Source: a virus. From it: 38,826 nucleotides of DNA. The stretch's first letter is position 1. Every line of letters begins with the position of its first letter. The notes beneath the pieces are model-generated. The model was not told the DNA's origin and searched no databases. It saw only the letters and a program-made list of their open reading frames with translations. The stretch spans positions 1-38,826 of the IMG/VR virus record IMGVR_UViG_3300029541_000013. One strand, 5' to 3'. Below are positions 28,465 to 37,050 of the stretch, one piece after another. Position numbers and translations under genes: made by a program.

Positions 28465-29031
28465 ATGAAGAAAGAGGATTTGCTGAACATCGGCCTGACG
28501 GAAGAGCAGGCGGACAAGGTTTTTGCCATGAATGGCAAGGACATTGAGAAGCACAAGAAAGCCGCAGAGGACGCGAAAGCGGACAAGGAATCACTTGAAC
28601 AGCAGGTGGCCGACCGCGATAAGGACATTGCCGAGCTGCAAAAGTCCAGCGGCGACGCTGACAGCGTGCGCAAACAGCTCGAAGAGTTGCAGGGCAAGTA
28701 CGACAAAGAAACCGAAGCGTATAAAGCCCAGCTTGCACAGCGCGATTATCAGTCCGCTATCGACAAGGCAATCTCTGACAGCGGCATTAAGTTCAGTTCC
28801 AAGTCTGCGGAAAAAGCATTCCGCGCTGGTATCGGTGACAGCAAGCTCGAAATGAAGGACGGCGCTTTGAGTGGGTTTGATAAGTACCTCGAAAAAGCAA
28901 AGTCCGATGACCCCAGCGCATTTGTCAAAGCCGGTGCGCGTGTTGACACGCAAGGCTCGCTTGAAGGCGGGCAGCGTGAAAACAAGCCTATGACTTTGGC
29001 GGCTGCGCTCCACGAACAATACGATAAGTAA
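28465..29031 (+). CDS. Scaffolding protein (phage GP20-like)
   Basis: RBS AAGGAG. A highly charged coiled-coil protein immediately upstream of the capsid gene. LNIGLTEEQADKVFAMNGKDIEKHK is typical of the family. Confidence 0.85.
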   Translation: MKKEDLLNIGLTEEQADKVFAMNGKDIEKHKKAAEDAKADKESLEQQVADRDKDIAELQKSSGDADSVRKQLEELQGKYDKETEAYKAQLAQRDYQSAIDKAISDSGIKFSSKSAEKAFRAGIGDSKLEMKDGALSGFDKYLEKAKSDDPSAFVKAGARVDTQGSLEGGQRENKPMTLAAALHEQYDK

Positions 29032-29045
29032 AGGAGAATTTTGAC

Positions 29046-30044
29046 ATGGCTATCACTCTTGCGGAAGCAAAGGTCGGCATGGCAAATCATGTCGATCAGA
29101 TGATCGTTGACGAGTTCCGCCGCAGCTCCCTGCTGTTGGACAGACTGGTGTTTGATAACGCCATCTCTCCGGGCACTGGCGGCTCGACCCTGACCTATGG
29201 CTATATCCAGCTCAAGACCCCTTCGACCGCTGCGATCCGCGCTATCAACAGCGAGTACACCGCTGGCGAGGCCAAGCGCGAGGAAAAGTTCGCAAAGGCC
29301 GTTATTATGGGCGGCTCCTTCGAGGTCGACCGTGTTCTTCAGAACACCTCTGGCGCTGTGGATGAACTGGCATTCCAGGCACAGCAGAAGATCAAAGCGA
29401 CCAGCAACTATTTCCACAACCTCGTCATCAACGGCACTTCCGCCGCCAGCGGCACCGGTTTTGTGACCAATACCTTTGACGGCCTGCGCAAGCTGCTGAC
29501 CGGCACGTCCAACGCGCTGACCACGGACATTGACCTGTCCTCTGCCGCAAAGCTGGACAGCAACAGCAACGCCTTCATCGATCAGCTCGACCAGCTCGTC
29601 CACGCCATCGACGGCGAGACCTCTATGCTGCTCATGAACGGCGATATGCTGATGAAAGTCCGCGCCGCTGCTCGCCGCGCTGGTTACTACGAGCGCACGA
29701 AGGATGACTTTGGCCGCGTTGTTGAGACCTTCGCCGGTATCCCCCTGATGGATGCGGGCAAGTATTACAACGGCACCAATTCCGTTGACGTTATCGGCAC
29801 TTCCGCCGCCACGCAGAGCGCCAATGGCACGACCAGCATTTACGCTGTCAGCATTGGTCTTGACGGCTTTCACGGTATCTCCCCGACCGGCAACAGCGTC
29901 ATTTCCAGCTATATGCCAGATATGACCGCTCCCGGCGCGGTGAAGAAGGGAGAAGTCGAGCTCGTGGCCGGTGTCGTCCTCAAGAACACCCTCAAGGCGG
30001 CTGTTCTGGACGGCATCGTCATGTCCCCCAAGACTGGCTCTTAA
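29046..30044 (+). CDS. Major capsid protein
   Basis: RBS AAAGGAG. 332 aa, positioned after the scaffold gene. Strongly biased codon use and high expression signals. Confidence 0.88.
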   Translation: MAITLAEAKVGMANHVDQMIVDEFRRSSLLLDRLVFDNAISPGTGGSTLTYGYIQLKTPSTAAIRAINSEYTAGEAKREEKFAKAVIMGGSFEVDRVLQNTSGAVDELAFQAQQKIKATSNYFHNLVINGTSAASGTGFVTNTFDGLRKLLTGTSNALTTDIDLSSAAKLDSNSNAFIDQLDQLVHAIDGETSMLLMNGDMLMKVRAAARRAGYYERTKDDFGRVVETFAGIPLMDAGKYYNGTNSVDVIGTSAATQSANGTTSIYAVSIGLDGFHGISPTGNSVISSYMPDMTAPGAVKKGEVELVAGVVLKNTLKAAVLDGIVMSPKTGS

Positions 30045-30064
30045 TTTGAAAGGAGTAAGCCCGC

Positions 30065-30499
30065 ATGGTCTACGCTGATTATACATACTACTCCGGCACC
30101 TATATGGGAGCCGTGAGCGAGGAAGATTTTCCGCGACTGGCCGTGCGGGCCAGTTCCTTCCTCGACTACTACACCCGTAACAGGGCGGCGGATAACGCCG
30201 AGCTGGACGCGGTGAAGATGTGCTGCTGTGCCCTTGTGGACAAGTACGCGGTCATTGAAGCGGCACAGGCGTTGGCGCAGAAGAACCTTGCTAACGCTGC
30301 CGCCAATGACGCGGAGATCAAGAGCGAAACAGTAGGCGGCTACTCCCGCGCCCTTGCGACCGGCGGAGAATCTGCCTTGTCTGCGCTAAATGCGACAGAC
30401 GGCGCGAAGAAGCTGCTGGCGGCGGTGTGCAATGAGTATCTTGCGCACACTGGCTTGCTCTACAGAGGAGGTTGCCCATGTACGCACCCCACACTGTAA
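30065..30499 (+). CDS. Head-tail connector protein (gp6-like adaptor)
   Basis: RBS AAAGGAG. Position plus the YADYTYY...FPRL...ASSFLDYYT pattern. Confidence 0.7.
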   Translation: MVYADYTYYSGTYMGAVSEEDFPRLAVRASSFLDYYTRNRAADNAELDAVKMCCCALVDKYAVIEAAQALAQKNLANAAANDAEIKSETVGGYSRALATGGESALSALNATDGAKKLLAAVCNEYLAHTGLLYRGGCPCTHPTL

Positions 30500-30927
30500 C
30501 GGTCTACAACAGCGCCAAGGAAACCGACCTGACCACCTTTGAGGAAGTTACCCGTCTGTATGTCACTATCCTGCGCGGCGTCATGCTGCAAGCGTCAAAG
30601 GGCGTCAACGTGCGCGAGAGCGGCCTTGAAGGGGCGGACGCGGTTAACCTGTATATCCCGTTTGGCGTGGAAGCGATAGACGGCACGACAGGAGAGCCTA
30701 AGACTTATATCGGGCCACAGGCGTTTTACAACGCGGCGGATAAGTCCGGCTTGTGGACGCTCTCAGTCAATGGAGACGGCGGCACGACCTTTTTTGTAAA
30801 GGGCGAGTTTGTCACCGATAACGAGACTGTGGCGCTGTCGCATGATGACTGCTACAACCTCACCAAAGTCGATATGAAAGACTTCGGAAGCCCGGATATG
30901 CAGCATTTCGAGTGCGGAGGGGTCTGA
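30478..30927 (+). CDS. Head closure / minor capsid protein
   Basis: ATG 30478 lies 7 nt after GAGGAGG. Assigned by position in the connector module. Confidence 0.7.
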   Translation: MYAPHTVTVYNSAKETDLTTFEEVTRLYVTILRGVMLQASKGVNVRESGLEGADAVNLYIPFGVEAIDGTTGEPKTYIGPQAFYNAADKSGLWTLSVNGDGGTTFFVKGEFVTDNETVALSHDDCYNLTKVDMKDFGSPDMQHFECGGV

Positions 30928-30928
30928 T

Positions 30929-31354
30929 ATGGCGCTGAAATTCACGGTGCATACCGAGGGTATGGACGCGCTTGAATACATCATCGCGCAGGCCTGTACA
31001 AAGGCAGAACACGAAGTTGCGGTACAGGTGGAGACAGACACGCGTCTATTTGTGCCGTCCTCTGGGGCTGCCGCAGGGCTTATGAACAGGACGAGAGTTA
31101 TCGGAAACAGCATTGTATATCCTGGGCCTTATGCCCGATACCTCTATAACGGAAAGCTGATGGTAGACCCTGAAACCGGCAGCTCTTGGGTGCGAAAAGG
31201 CGAACACAAGGTAGTGACAGATCGGAATTTGGTGTTCAGGACAGATGTTAATCCACAAGCACAAGCGCATTGGTTTGAAGCGTCTAAGGCGCAAAACCTT
31301 GATAAGTGGGTGCGTGTAGCAGATAAGGCGGTGAAGAAGTACGGAACAGATTAA
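30929..31354 (+). CDS. Minor capsid / tail-completion protein (Minor_capsid_1-like)
   Basis: RBS GGAGGGG. ...PGPYARYLYNGKLMVDPETGS... Confidence 0.75.
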   Translation: MALKFTVHTEGMDALEYIIAQACTKAEHEVAVQVETDTRLFVPSSGAAAGLMNRTRVIGNSIVYPGPYARYLYNGKLMVDPETGSSWVRKGEHKVVTDRNLVFRTDVNPQAQAHWFEASKAQNLDKWVRVADKAVKKYGTD

Positions 31355-31808
31355 AAAGACGGTTTCGGCGGCGGAAGAAGATCAGGTCTCCCGCAAGCTG
31401 CTTGCGTGGCTGAACACATTCCCCGATAAGCCGGTTGATTTGATTCGATTCGAATTCCTTCCCGCTGATACTGCGGCGATGGCGCTGTCTACGATTCAGG
31501 CGGCGTATATCGTCAAGAAATACATTCTCGGCGGGTATCAGGCGGAATACCAATTCAAGGTCATCTACCGCATGAAACCGGGGAATAGCAACGACAAGCG
31601 GCTCAAAGCCGATGAAATGCTCAATGCTCTTGGAGACTGGGCAGAATTATTCGGAGGCGTGAACAATGACCCATTTATTGGCAAAGGAAAGCGCGTCATT
31701 CGCATTGAGCCTACAACGCGATCCTCGCTTTTTGCCGTTTATGAAAACGGCGACGAGGATCATCAAATCCTTATGAAAATGAACTACGAGGTGATTAAAA
31801 ATGGCTGA
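31350..31808 (+). CDS. Minor capsid / tail terminator-like protein; start codon unresolved (ATT 31350 proposed, TTG 31440 is the first canonical start)
   Basis: The frame is open from 31335. Codons before TTG 31440 read KKTVSAAEEDQVSRKLLAWLNTFPDKPVD, which looks like a genuine N-terminus of this family. There is no ATG/GTG/TTG in that stretch. Confidence 0.6.
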   Translation: MKKTVSAAEEDQVSRKLLAWLNTFPDKPVDLIRFEFLPADTAAMALSTIQAAYIVKKYILGGYQAEYQFKVIYRMKPGNSNDKRLKADEMLNALGDWAELFGGVNNDPFIGKGKRVIRIEPTTRSSLFAVYENGDEDHQILMKMNYEVIKNG

Positions 31809-32322
31809 TACGACCTTTAACACCACGGCAGGCCAGACCGTAGACCGCGAACTTCTGATCGTGTATCTGAATACGGGCGAATCTGGCACGCCCACATGGT
31901 CGCCCTTCGGTACGCGCGTTACGGATTCCAGCATGGAATACGACTGGCAGGAGGATTCCTCGAAGGATATTCTCGGCACGACGCGCACGACCATGAAGAA
32001 ACCCATCATCACGCAGACCTTTGACCCGTCCAATCTCGATGCTGGCGACCCTGCCATCGTCAAGGTGTGGAATCTCGCGGTCAAGGAGCAGAACGCGGCG
32101 GCGCTCGCCAATCAGGACGTGTTGATCGTCCACGCTTATGCAGGCACGGCAAAAACCGCAGTATTTGCGGAGCGCTATTCGTCCTGCATGGTTAAGCCCT
32201 CTTCCCTCGGCGGCGAGGGCGGCGGCTTTATCGGTATGCCCATCGACGTGACGCTTGGCGGCACGCGCAAGACGGGCACTGCGGCCATTTCCGGCGGCAC
32301 TGTCACGTTTACAGAGGACTAA
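31801..32322 (+). CDS. Major tail protein
   Basis: ATGGCTGA overlap with the upstream gene. 173 aa. Position and composition are typical of siphovirus tail tube proteins. Confidence 0.85.
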   Translation: MADTTFNTTAGQTVDRELLIVYLNTGESGTPTWSPFGTRVTDSSMEYDWQEDSSKDILGTTRTTMKKPIITQTFDPSNLDAGDPAIVKVWNLAVKEQNAAALANQDVLIVHAYAGTAKTAVFAERYSSCMVKPSSLGGEGGGFIGMPIDVTLGGTRKTGTAAISGGTVTFTED

Positions 32323-32367
32323 ATTAAAGAGGGCTGGCGTTTGTCAGCCCTCATTTCGGAGGTAAGT

Positions 32368-32793
32368 ATGGAACTCAGTTTTGATTCTGGCGTAAAAGAA
32401 TACACCATTCGAGGTGTAAACGGTATTGTGACCGTGTATTTCAATCCTGCGGACGTAAATTTCGCAAAGAAAGCGTACCGCGTATTCAATGATCTGCGAA
32501 AAAAGCAGGAGGAAAGAGCGGCAAAACTCGATGTAACCGAGCCGGGCGACGAGCTCTTTGACATGGTGGATTCCATCGACAGGGAAATGCGCGATATCAT
32601 CAATGATCTGTTCGGGCAGGATATCGCGGATACGCTTTTCGGGTCGGTGAACGCTTATTCCGCAGCAAACGGCGCCCCGGTATGGCAGAACTTTATGAAT
32701 GCCATTATTGACCAGTTTGACGAAGCGACCAAGCGGGAGCAGGCACTTGCAGACGAAAAAATCCGCAAGTATACGCAGAAGTACAAAAAATGA
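32368..32793 (+). CDS. Tail assembly chaperone
   Basis: ATG 32368 after GGAGGT. An acidic helical protein located between the tail tube and tape measure genes. Confidence 0.75.
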   Translation: MELSFDSGVKEYTIRGVNGIVTVYFNPADVNFAKKAYRVFNDLRKKQEERAAKLDVTEPGDELFDMVDSIDREMRDIINDLFGQDIADTLFGSVNAYSAANGAPVWQNFMNAIIDQFDEATKREQALADEKIRKYTQKYKK

Positions 32794-33359
32794 TGTACGA
32801 ACTTCCAACGTCGCTGAACGTCTGCGGTGTTGAGTATGCTATCCGCTCGGACTATCGCGCGGCACTGGACGTGCTGTCGGTATTTGCTGCGGTTGATCTG
32901 ACCAACGAGCAAAAAGTGATTGCGGCGCTGGATATCTTTTATCCGGGCTTCTTAAAAATGCCGGATGAGCACATTCCAGAAGCCGTAAAGCAAATGACTT
33001 GGTTTCTCGACTGCGGTGACGACGGCGACAACAGAAAGCGCCCAAAACTGATGGACTGGGAACAAGATTTCCAATACATTGTGGCTCCTATCAACCGCGT
33101 TGTGGGACAGGAAGTGCGCGCAATGCCTTATTTCCACTGGTGGTCATTTGTATCTGCGTACTACGAAATCGGGGATTGCCTGTTTGCAAACATCGTGCGG
33201 ATTCGCAGTTTGAAAGCAAAGGGGAAAACGCTTGACAAATCGGATCGAGAATTTTACCGCGAAAACAGACGGCTCGTTGATCTGAAAAAGCCGATGACGG
33301 AAGAAGAAAACGACACGATCAATGCGTGGTTGGGCAAAAAAACGCCCGACGCAAAATAG
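32790..33359 (+). CDS. Phage Gp15-family tail assembly protein
   Basis: ELPTSLNVCGVEYAIRSDYRAALDVLSVF..DL...QK...ALDIFY fits the Gp15 family. The gene is in the -1 frame relative to the chaperone. Confidence 0.8.
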   Translation: MMYELPTSLNVCGVEYAIRSDYRAALDVLSVFAAVDLTNEQKVIAALDIFYPGFLKMPDEHIPEAVKQMTWFLDCGDDGDNRKRPKLMDWEQDFQYIVAPINRVVGQEVRAMPYFHWWSFVSAYYEIGDCLFANIVRIRSLKAKGKTLDKSDREFYRENRRLVDLKKPMTEEENDTINAWLGKKTPDAK

Positions 33360-33368
33360 CATCGGGCG
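33335..33368 (-). terminator. Rho-independent terminator of the DUF4352 moron
   Basis: CGCCCGA (33343-33349) pairs with TCGGGCG (33362-33368). The A-run 33336-33342 on the + strand gives a U-run after the stem on the minus-strand transcript. Confidence 0.8.
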
Positions 33369-33375
33369 AGGTGGG

Positions 33376-33954
33376 TTACTTGTCTGCAATGAATGTAATT
33401 TCGTTTCCAGACCAAAAGTCGGGAGTAAAGCGAATTTCAATTTCTTTCCAGTCTTTGGGGACTTCGTATCCGACAACGCCGGTCATTTTCTTACCGGCAG
33501 CAATAGCTCCGTCCAACTGAGTTTTATCGGTTGCGATGGTGGCTGAAATGCTTAGATTTGTCGAGTAGTCATCAACATAGGCGTTGAACGATGCGATAGA
33601 ACTAACGGCAATATCTTTATCCGACTGGTTATCAATGGAGAATTCGCAAAGCAGAAACACATTACCATCATCAGGCGTGTTGAACTGCGATCCATTGCTT
33701 TCGGTGCAGGAATCAAACTTTACACTGATCCCATTTAACTCGGCGGTTTCTCCAACGCCAAACGTTTGGCGCTCTGAGCCAGAATCATCGCCCGTGCCGT
33801 TTAATGCGGCGGCGATCAGGCAAATGCCGAAAATAGCAATGATGATCCCCAACACTGGGTGGCGCTTTTTCTGCTTTGCTCCGCATTGAGGGCACGTTGA
33901 TGCGGATTTCGCAATAGACGCGCCGCACACTTTACAAATAGTCATCTTATCCAT
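33376..33954 (-). CDS. Zinc-ribbon / TM / DUF4352-domain surface protein (moron)
   Basis: ATG 33954 lies 6 nt after GGAGGA. CKVCG...CPQCG, a TM helix VLGIIIAIFGICLIAAAL, then an Ig-like DUF4352 pattern (VKFDSC...NVFLLCEFSIDNQSDKDI...GYEVPKDWKEIEIRF). Confidence 0.85.
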   Translation of the reverse strand: MDKMTICKVCGASIAKSASTCPQCGAKQKKRHPVLGIIIAIFGICLIAAALNGTGDDSGSERQTFGVGETAELNGISVKFDSCTESNGSQFNTPDDGNVFLLCEFSIDNQSDKDIAVSSIASFNAYVDDYSTNLSISATIATDKTQLDGAIAAGKKMTGVVGYEVPKDWKEIEIRFTPDFWSGNEITFIADK

Positions 33955-33992
33955 ATTCATTCCTCCTATAGCCACGTTTTGTGGATATATTG

Positions 33993-34021
33993 ATGATACC
34001 ATGCGAAAAAACAAATAGCAA
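33993..34021 (-). promoter_or_regulatory. Promoter of the DUF4352 moron (extended -10)
   Basis: On the minus strand: TTGCTA (34021-34016), 17 nt, TATCAT (33998-33993), preceded by TGG. Confidence 0.6.
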
Positions 34022-34034
34022 GTAGGTGATAGCT

Positions 34035-35999
34035 TTGGCAGATGGTGAAATCGTAATTGACGCTACAATCAGCGACAAAAAACTACACTCTGACCTGAAC
34101 AAGGTTAAGTCAAATATTGCATCTTTGCAGAAGGAGTTCAACAAGCTCGGAAGTCAAAAAACGCCGATGGAAGAGCAACTTCGCACCATTGGCGCTGAGC
34201 TTGACAACGCAAAAGCGATCCTTGCGGAAATGCGGAGCGCCCCCAAAGGCACATACGAAAAAACGGACGTATCCGAACAGGCAGAGCGCGTGAGGCTGCT
34301 CCAAAGTGAATTCAACAAGACCGCAAGTGAGGTTGAAAAGCTGAATAGTAAGCTCACTAACACGAGTGAAAAAATCTCAGATGCAAAGACGCAGGCAGCA
34401 GACCTCGCGCAGCAGATTGAGGGCCGCAATAAAGGCGCTGGCATCCGTGCAGCGACAGAAGCAGCTTCAAAGAGCATGGACAACTTTGGAAAACGCATTA
34501 GCTCAGTCGTTCGCAGCGCTCTTGTATTTACTGCTATCACTCAGGCGCTTGCCAAAGTGCGAGAGTGGGTGAAAAGCGTTGTGATGACCAACTCGGAAGC
34601 GAGGGAATCTATTGCACAGATGAAAGGCGCGTTGCTGACATTGGCGCAGCCGCTTGTAAGTGTTGTGGTTCCTGCATTTACAATGCTTGTGCGCGTAATC
34701 ACGGCGGTCATCAATCAAATCTCCCGCCTTGTGGCGCTTATCTCCGGTAAAAGCGTCAAGGCATCTGCGAACGCTGCAAAGTCTTTAAACAAGGAGACCA
34801 AGGCCCTGAAAGGGACTGGCGGCGCTGCAAAAAAGGCAGCAAGCGACCTTGCGGCCTTCGATGAGATCAACCAGTTATCCGGTGATACCGCAGACAGCGC
34901 GGGCGGCGGTGGCGTAAGCGCAGATGATATCACCCCTGATTTCAGCTACATGGACGATATCAGCGACAGGCTCAAAAAGATTGCTGATGCGGTCTTGCTG
35001 ATCGCTGCGGGCCTTGCCTTGTGGAAAGTGGCAAGCGGGCTTCCCGGCGCGCTCGGCTCTATCCTTACAAAACTCAGCGGCATCCTTATTGCCGTTGGCG
35101 GACTTATTCTCTTGTGGGATGGCTTATCGGATGCGTGGAACAACGGCGTGAACTGGAAGAATCTTCTTGAATCCCTCGCGGGCGTTGTTGCCCTTGCAGG
35201 TGGACTTGCAATCACATTTGGTAAGGTTGGCGCGGGCATCGGGCTTGTTGTGTCCGGCGCGGCGCTGATTATTACGGCGTTCAAGGATATTGTTACCAAT
35301 GGCGCAAATCTGCAAAATACCTTGATGTTGATTGCGGGCATTCTGGCGACTGGAATCGGATTCACATTTTTAACAAAAAGCGTTCTTCCTCTTGCGATTG
35401 CCGGAATTGCAGCCATTCTCGTGGCAATGATGAAACTGACCGGGAATTTGGAAGAGTTTGCGAAAAATCTAAAAGATAACATCCTCGGCGGAATCATTCA
35501 GTTTATTAAAGGCGTATTTACTGGTGATCTCAAGATGGCTCTTGATGGGGTGAAAAAAGTGGCAAAGGGGATCGTCAACGGCATTCTGATTATTGTTGAA
35601 AGTTTTATCAACAATATTATCCGAGGGTTGAATTGGCTTATCGCAAAAATCAATTCTATTAGCCTCAAAGTTCCGGACTGGGTTCCGGGAGTTGGCGGAA
35701 AGGGCTGGTCACCTCATATTGGGCAAATGCCCAGCATTACTTTGCCGCGTTTGGCGACCGGAGCGGTTATCCCTCCCAACAAAGAATTTCTCGCTGTACT
35801 GGGCGACCAGAAGAGCGGAACGAACATCGAAACGCCGCTTGCAACGATGGTCGAAGCATTTAAGCAGGCTATGGCGGAATCGGGCGGCGGTGCAACTACG
35901 GTGGTATTGCAGCTCGACGGCAAGGAGATCGCACGCAGCACCGTGAAGAATATCAACAACATGACGCGCGCGGCGGGTAAGCCCGTGCTGCTGTACTAA
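34035..35999 (+). CDS. Tape measure protein
   Basis: TTG 34035 lies 6 nt after AGGTGA and gives MADGEIVID...; GTG 34026 is an alternative start. A long coiled-coil N-terminal half and multiple hydrophobic helices in the centre. The longest gene in the tail module. Confidence 0.9.
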   Translation: MADGEIVIDATISDKKLHSDLNKVKSNIASLQKEFNKLGSQKTPMEEQLRTIGAELDNAKAILAEMRSAPKGTYEKTDVSEQAERVRLLQSEFNKTASEVEKLNSKLTNTSEKISDAKTQAADLAQQIEGRNKGAGIRAATEAASKSMDNFGKRISSVVRSALVFTAITQALAKVREWVKSVVMTNSEARESIAQMKGALLTLAQPLVSVVVPAFTMLVRVITAVINQISRLVALISGKSVKASANAAKSLNKETKALKGTGGAAKKAASDLAAFDEINQLSGDTADSAGGGGVSADDITPDFSYMDDISDRLKKIADAVLLIAAGLALWKVASGLPGALGSILTKLSGILIAVGGLILLWDGLSDAWNNGVNWKNLLESLAGVVALAGGLAITFGKVGAGIGLVVSGAALIITAFKDIVTNGANLQNTLMLIAGILATGIGFTFLTKSVLPLAIAGIAAILVAMMKLTGNLEEFAKNLKDNILGGIIQFIKGVFTGDLKMALDGVKKVAKGIVNGILIIVESFINNIIRGLNWLIAKINSISLKVPDWVPGVGGKGWSPHIGQMPSITLPRLATGAVIPPNKEFLAVLGDQKSGTNIETPLATMVEAFKQAMAESGGGATTVVLQLDGKEIARSTVKNINNMTRAAGKPVLLY

Positions 36000-36011
36000 G
36001 GAGGGGCAAAC

Positions 36012-36371
36012 ATGGAAGTCCTTATTATCAACGGCACGGATTATTCGTCCGCAATCGCAACAAAAGGGTACGGGTGGAGCAGAAACGACCTTGACAGCGA
36101 CAAGACCACCCGTACCAAAGACGGCAAAATGCGGCGCGACAAGATCACCACCAAGCGGAAACTGAGTTATACAACGCGCTCCGTCAAACGTGACGTGCTG
36201 GCAAAACTCGATGACGATCTGAACAAAACCACATGCACCGTCCAATACCTTGACCTGCATGGCGTCAGAACCAGCACGTTTTACTGCTCGTCGATGGAAT
36301 GCACGCTTGAAGAAGCGGCAGACGATAACGAGGTGTGGGGCGGCGCGACGTTTAATTTGATTGAGGTGTGA
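36012..36371 (+). CDS. Small distal-tail-like protein
   Basis: RBS AAGGAGGGG. Located directly after the tape measure gene. Confidence 0.7.
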   Translation: MEVLIINGTDYSSAIATKGYGWSRNDLDSDKTTRTKDGKMRRDKITTKRKLSYTTRSVKRDVLAKLDDDLNKTTCTVQYLDLHGVRTSTFYCSSMECTLEEAADDNEVWGGATFNLIEV

Positions 36372-36372
36372 T

Positions 36373-37050
36373 ATGGGGCAGACAACAAGTGCACTGTGGC
36401 GCGAGCTGCTCCACGCCCCCGGCACAGAACGAGAGTACAAATTTGACGTTGCGGGCACGGAATATGGCAAAGATGCGGAAGTGTCGCATTCTGTCGAATC
36501 GCAGTTGTTTGAAGAATTCGGCATCGGAAACGCCTGCTGCGCAACATTAAAACTGGCACTGTATGCGGACAACGTACCGCGCGCCGCGACGATCAAGCGG
36601 TATCTCCGGCTCGTCAACGGCGATTTAGTGACGGAATGGATTCCCAAAGGCGTATTTTTCACGAACCGCCGCTCGTGCGATGGCGATTACTGGGAGATCG
36701 AGGCTTACGACGCAATGCGCAAGGCCGATACGGTATGGGAGCCAGATCAATCGCTGAATTTCCCCATGACAATGCCAGCGGCAGTAAACATCTTTTGCCC
36801 GTTAATGGGAGTCGAGATTGACAGCAGGACAACGCTGAATAGCTCATACACCATCGACTATCCTGCAAACGACTACACTATCCGCAATGAGCTGTGTTTT
36901 ATCGCAGCGGCGCACGGCGGGAACTGGATTATCACCGATGCAGGGAAACTATTGCTTATTCCTCTGTTGTCTATGCCTACCGAGACAAACTATCTCATTA
37001 CAGAAGCGGGCAACGCTATTACGTTTGGAGGGGTGAGGATTCTTGTCTGA
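36373..37050 (+). CDS. Tail / baseplate protein
   Basis: ATG 36373 after GAGGTG. Assigned by position only. Confidence 0.7.
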   Translation: MGQTTSALWRELLHAPGTEREYKFDVAGTEYGKDAEVSHSVESQLFEEFGIGNACCATLKLALYADNVPRAATIKRYLRLVNGDLVTEWIPKGVFFTNRRSCDGDYWEIEAYDAMRKADTVWEPDQSLNFPMTMPAAVNIFCPLMGVEIDSRTTLNSSYTIDYPANDYTIRNELCFIAAAHGGNWIITDAGKLLLIPLLSMPTETNYLITEAGNAITFGGVRILV

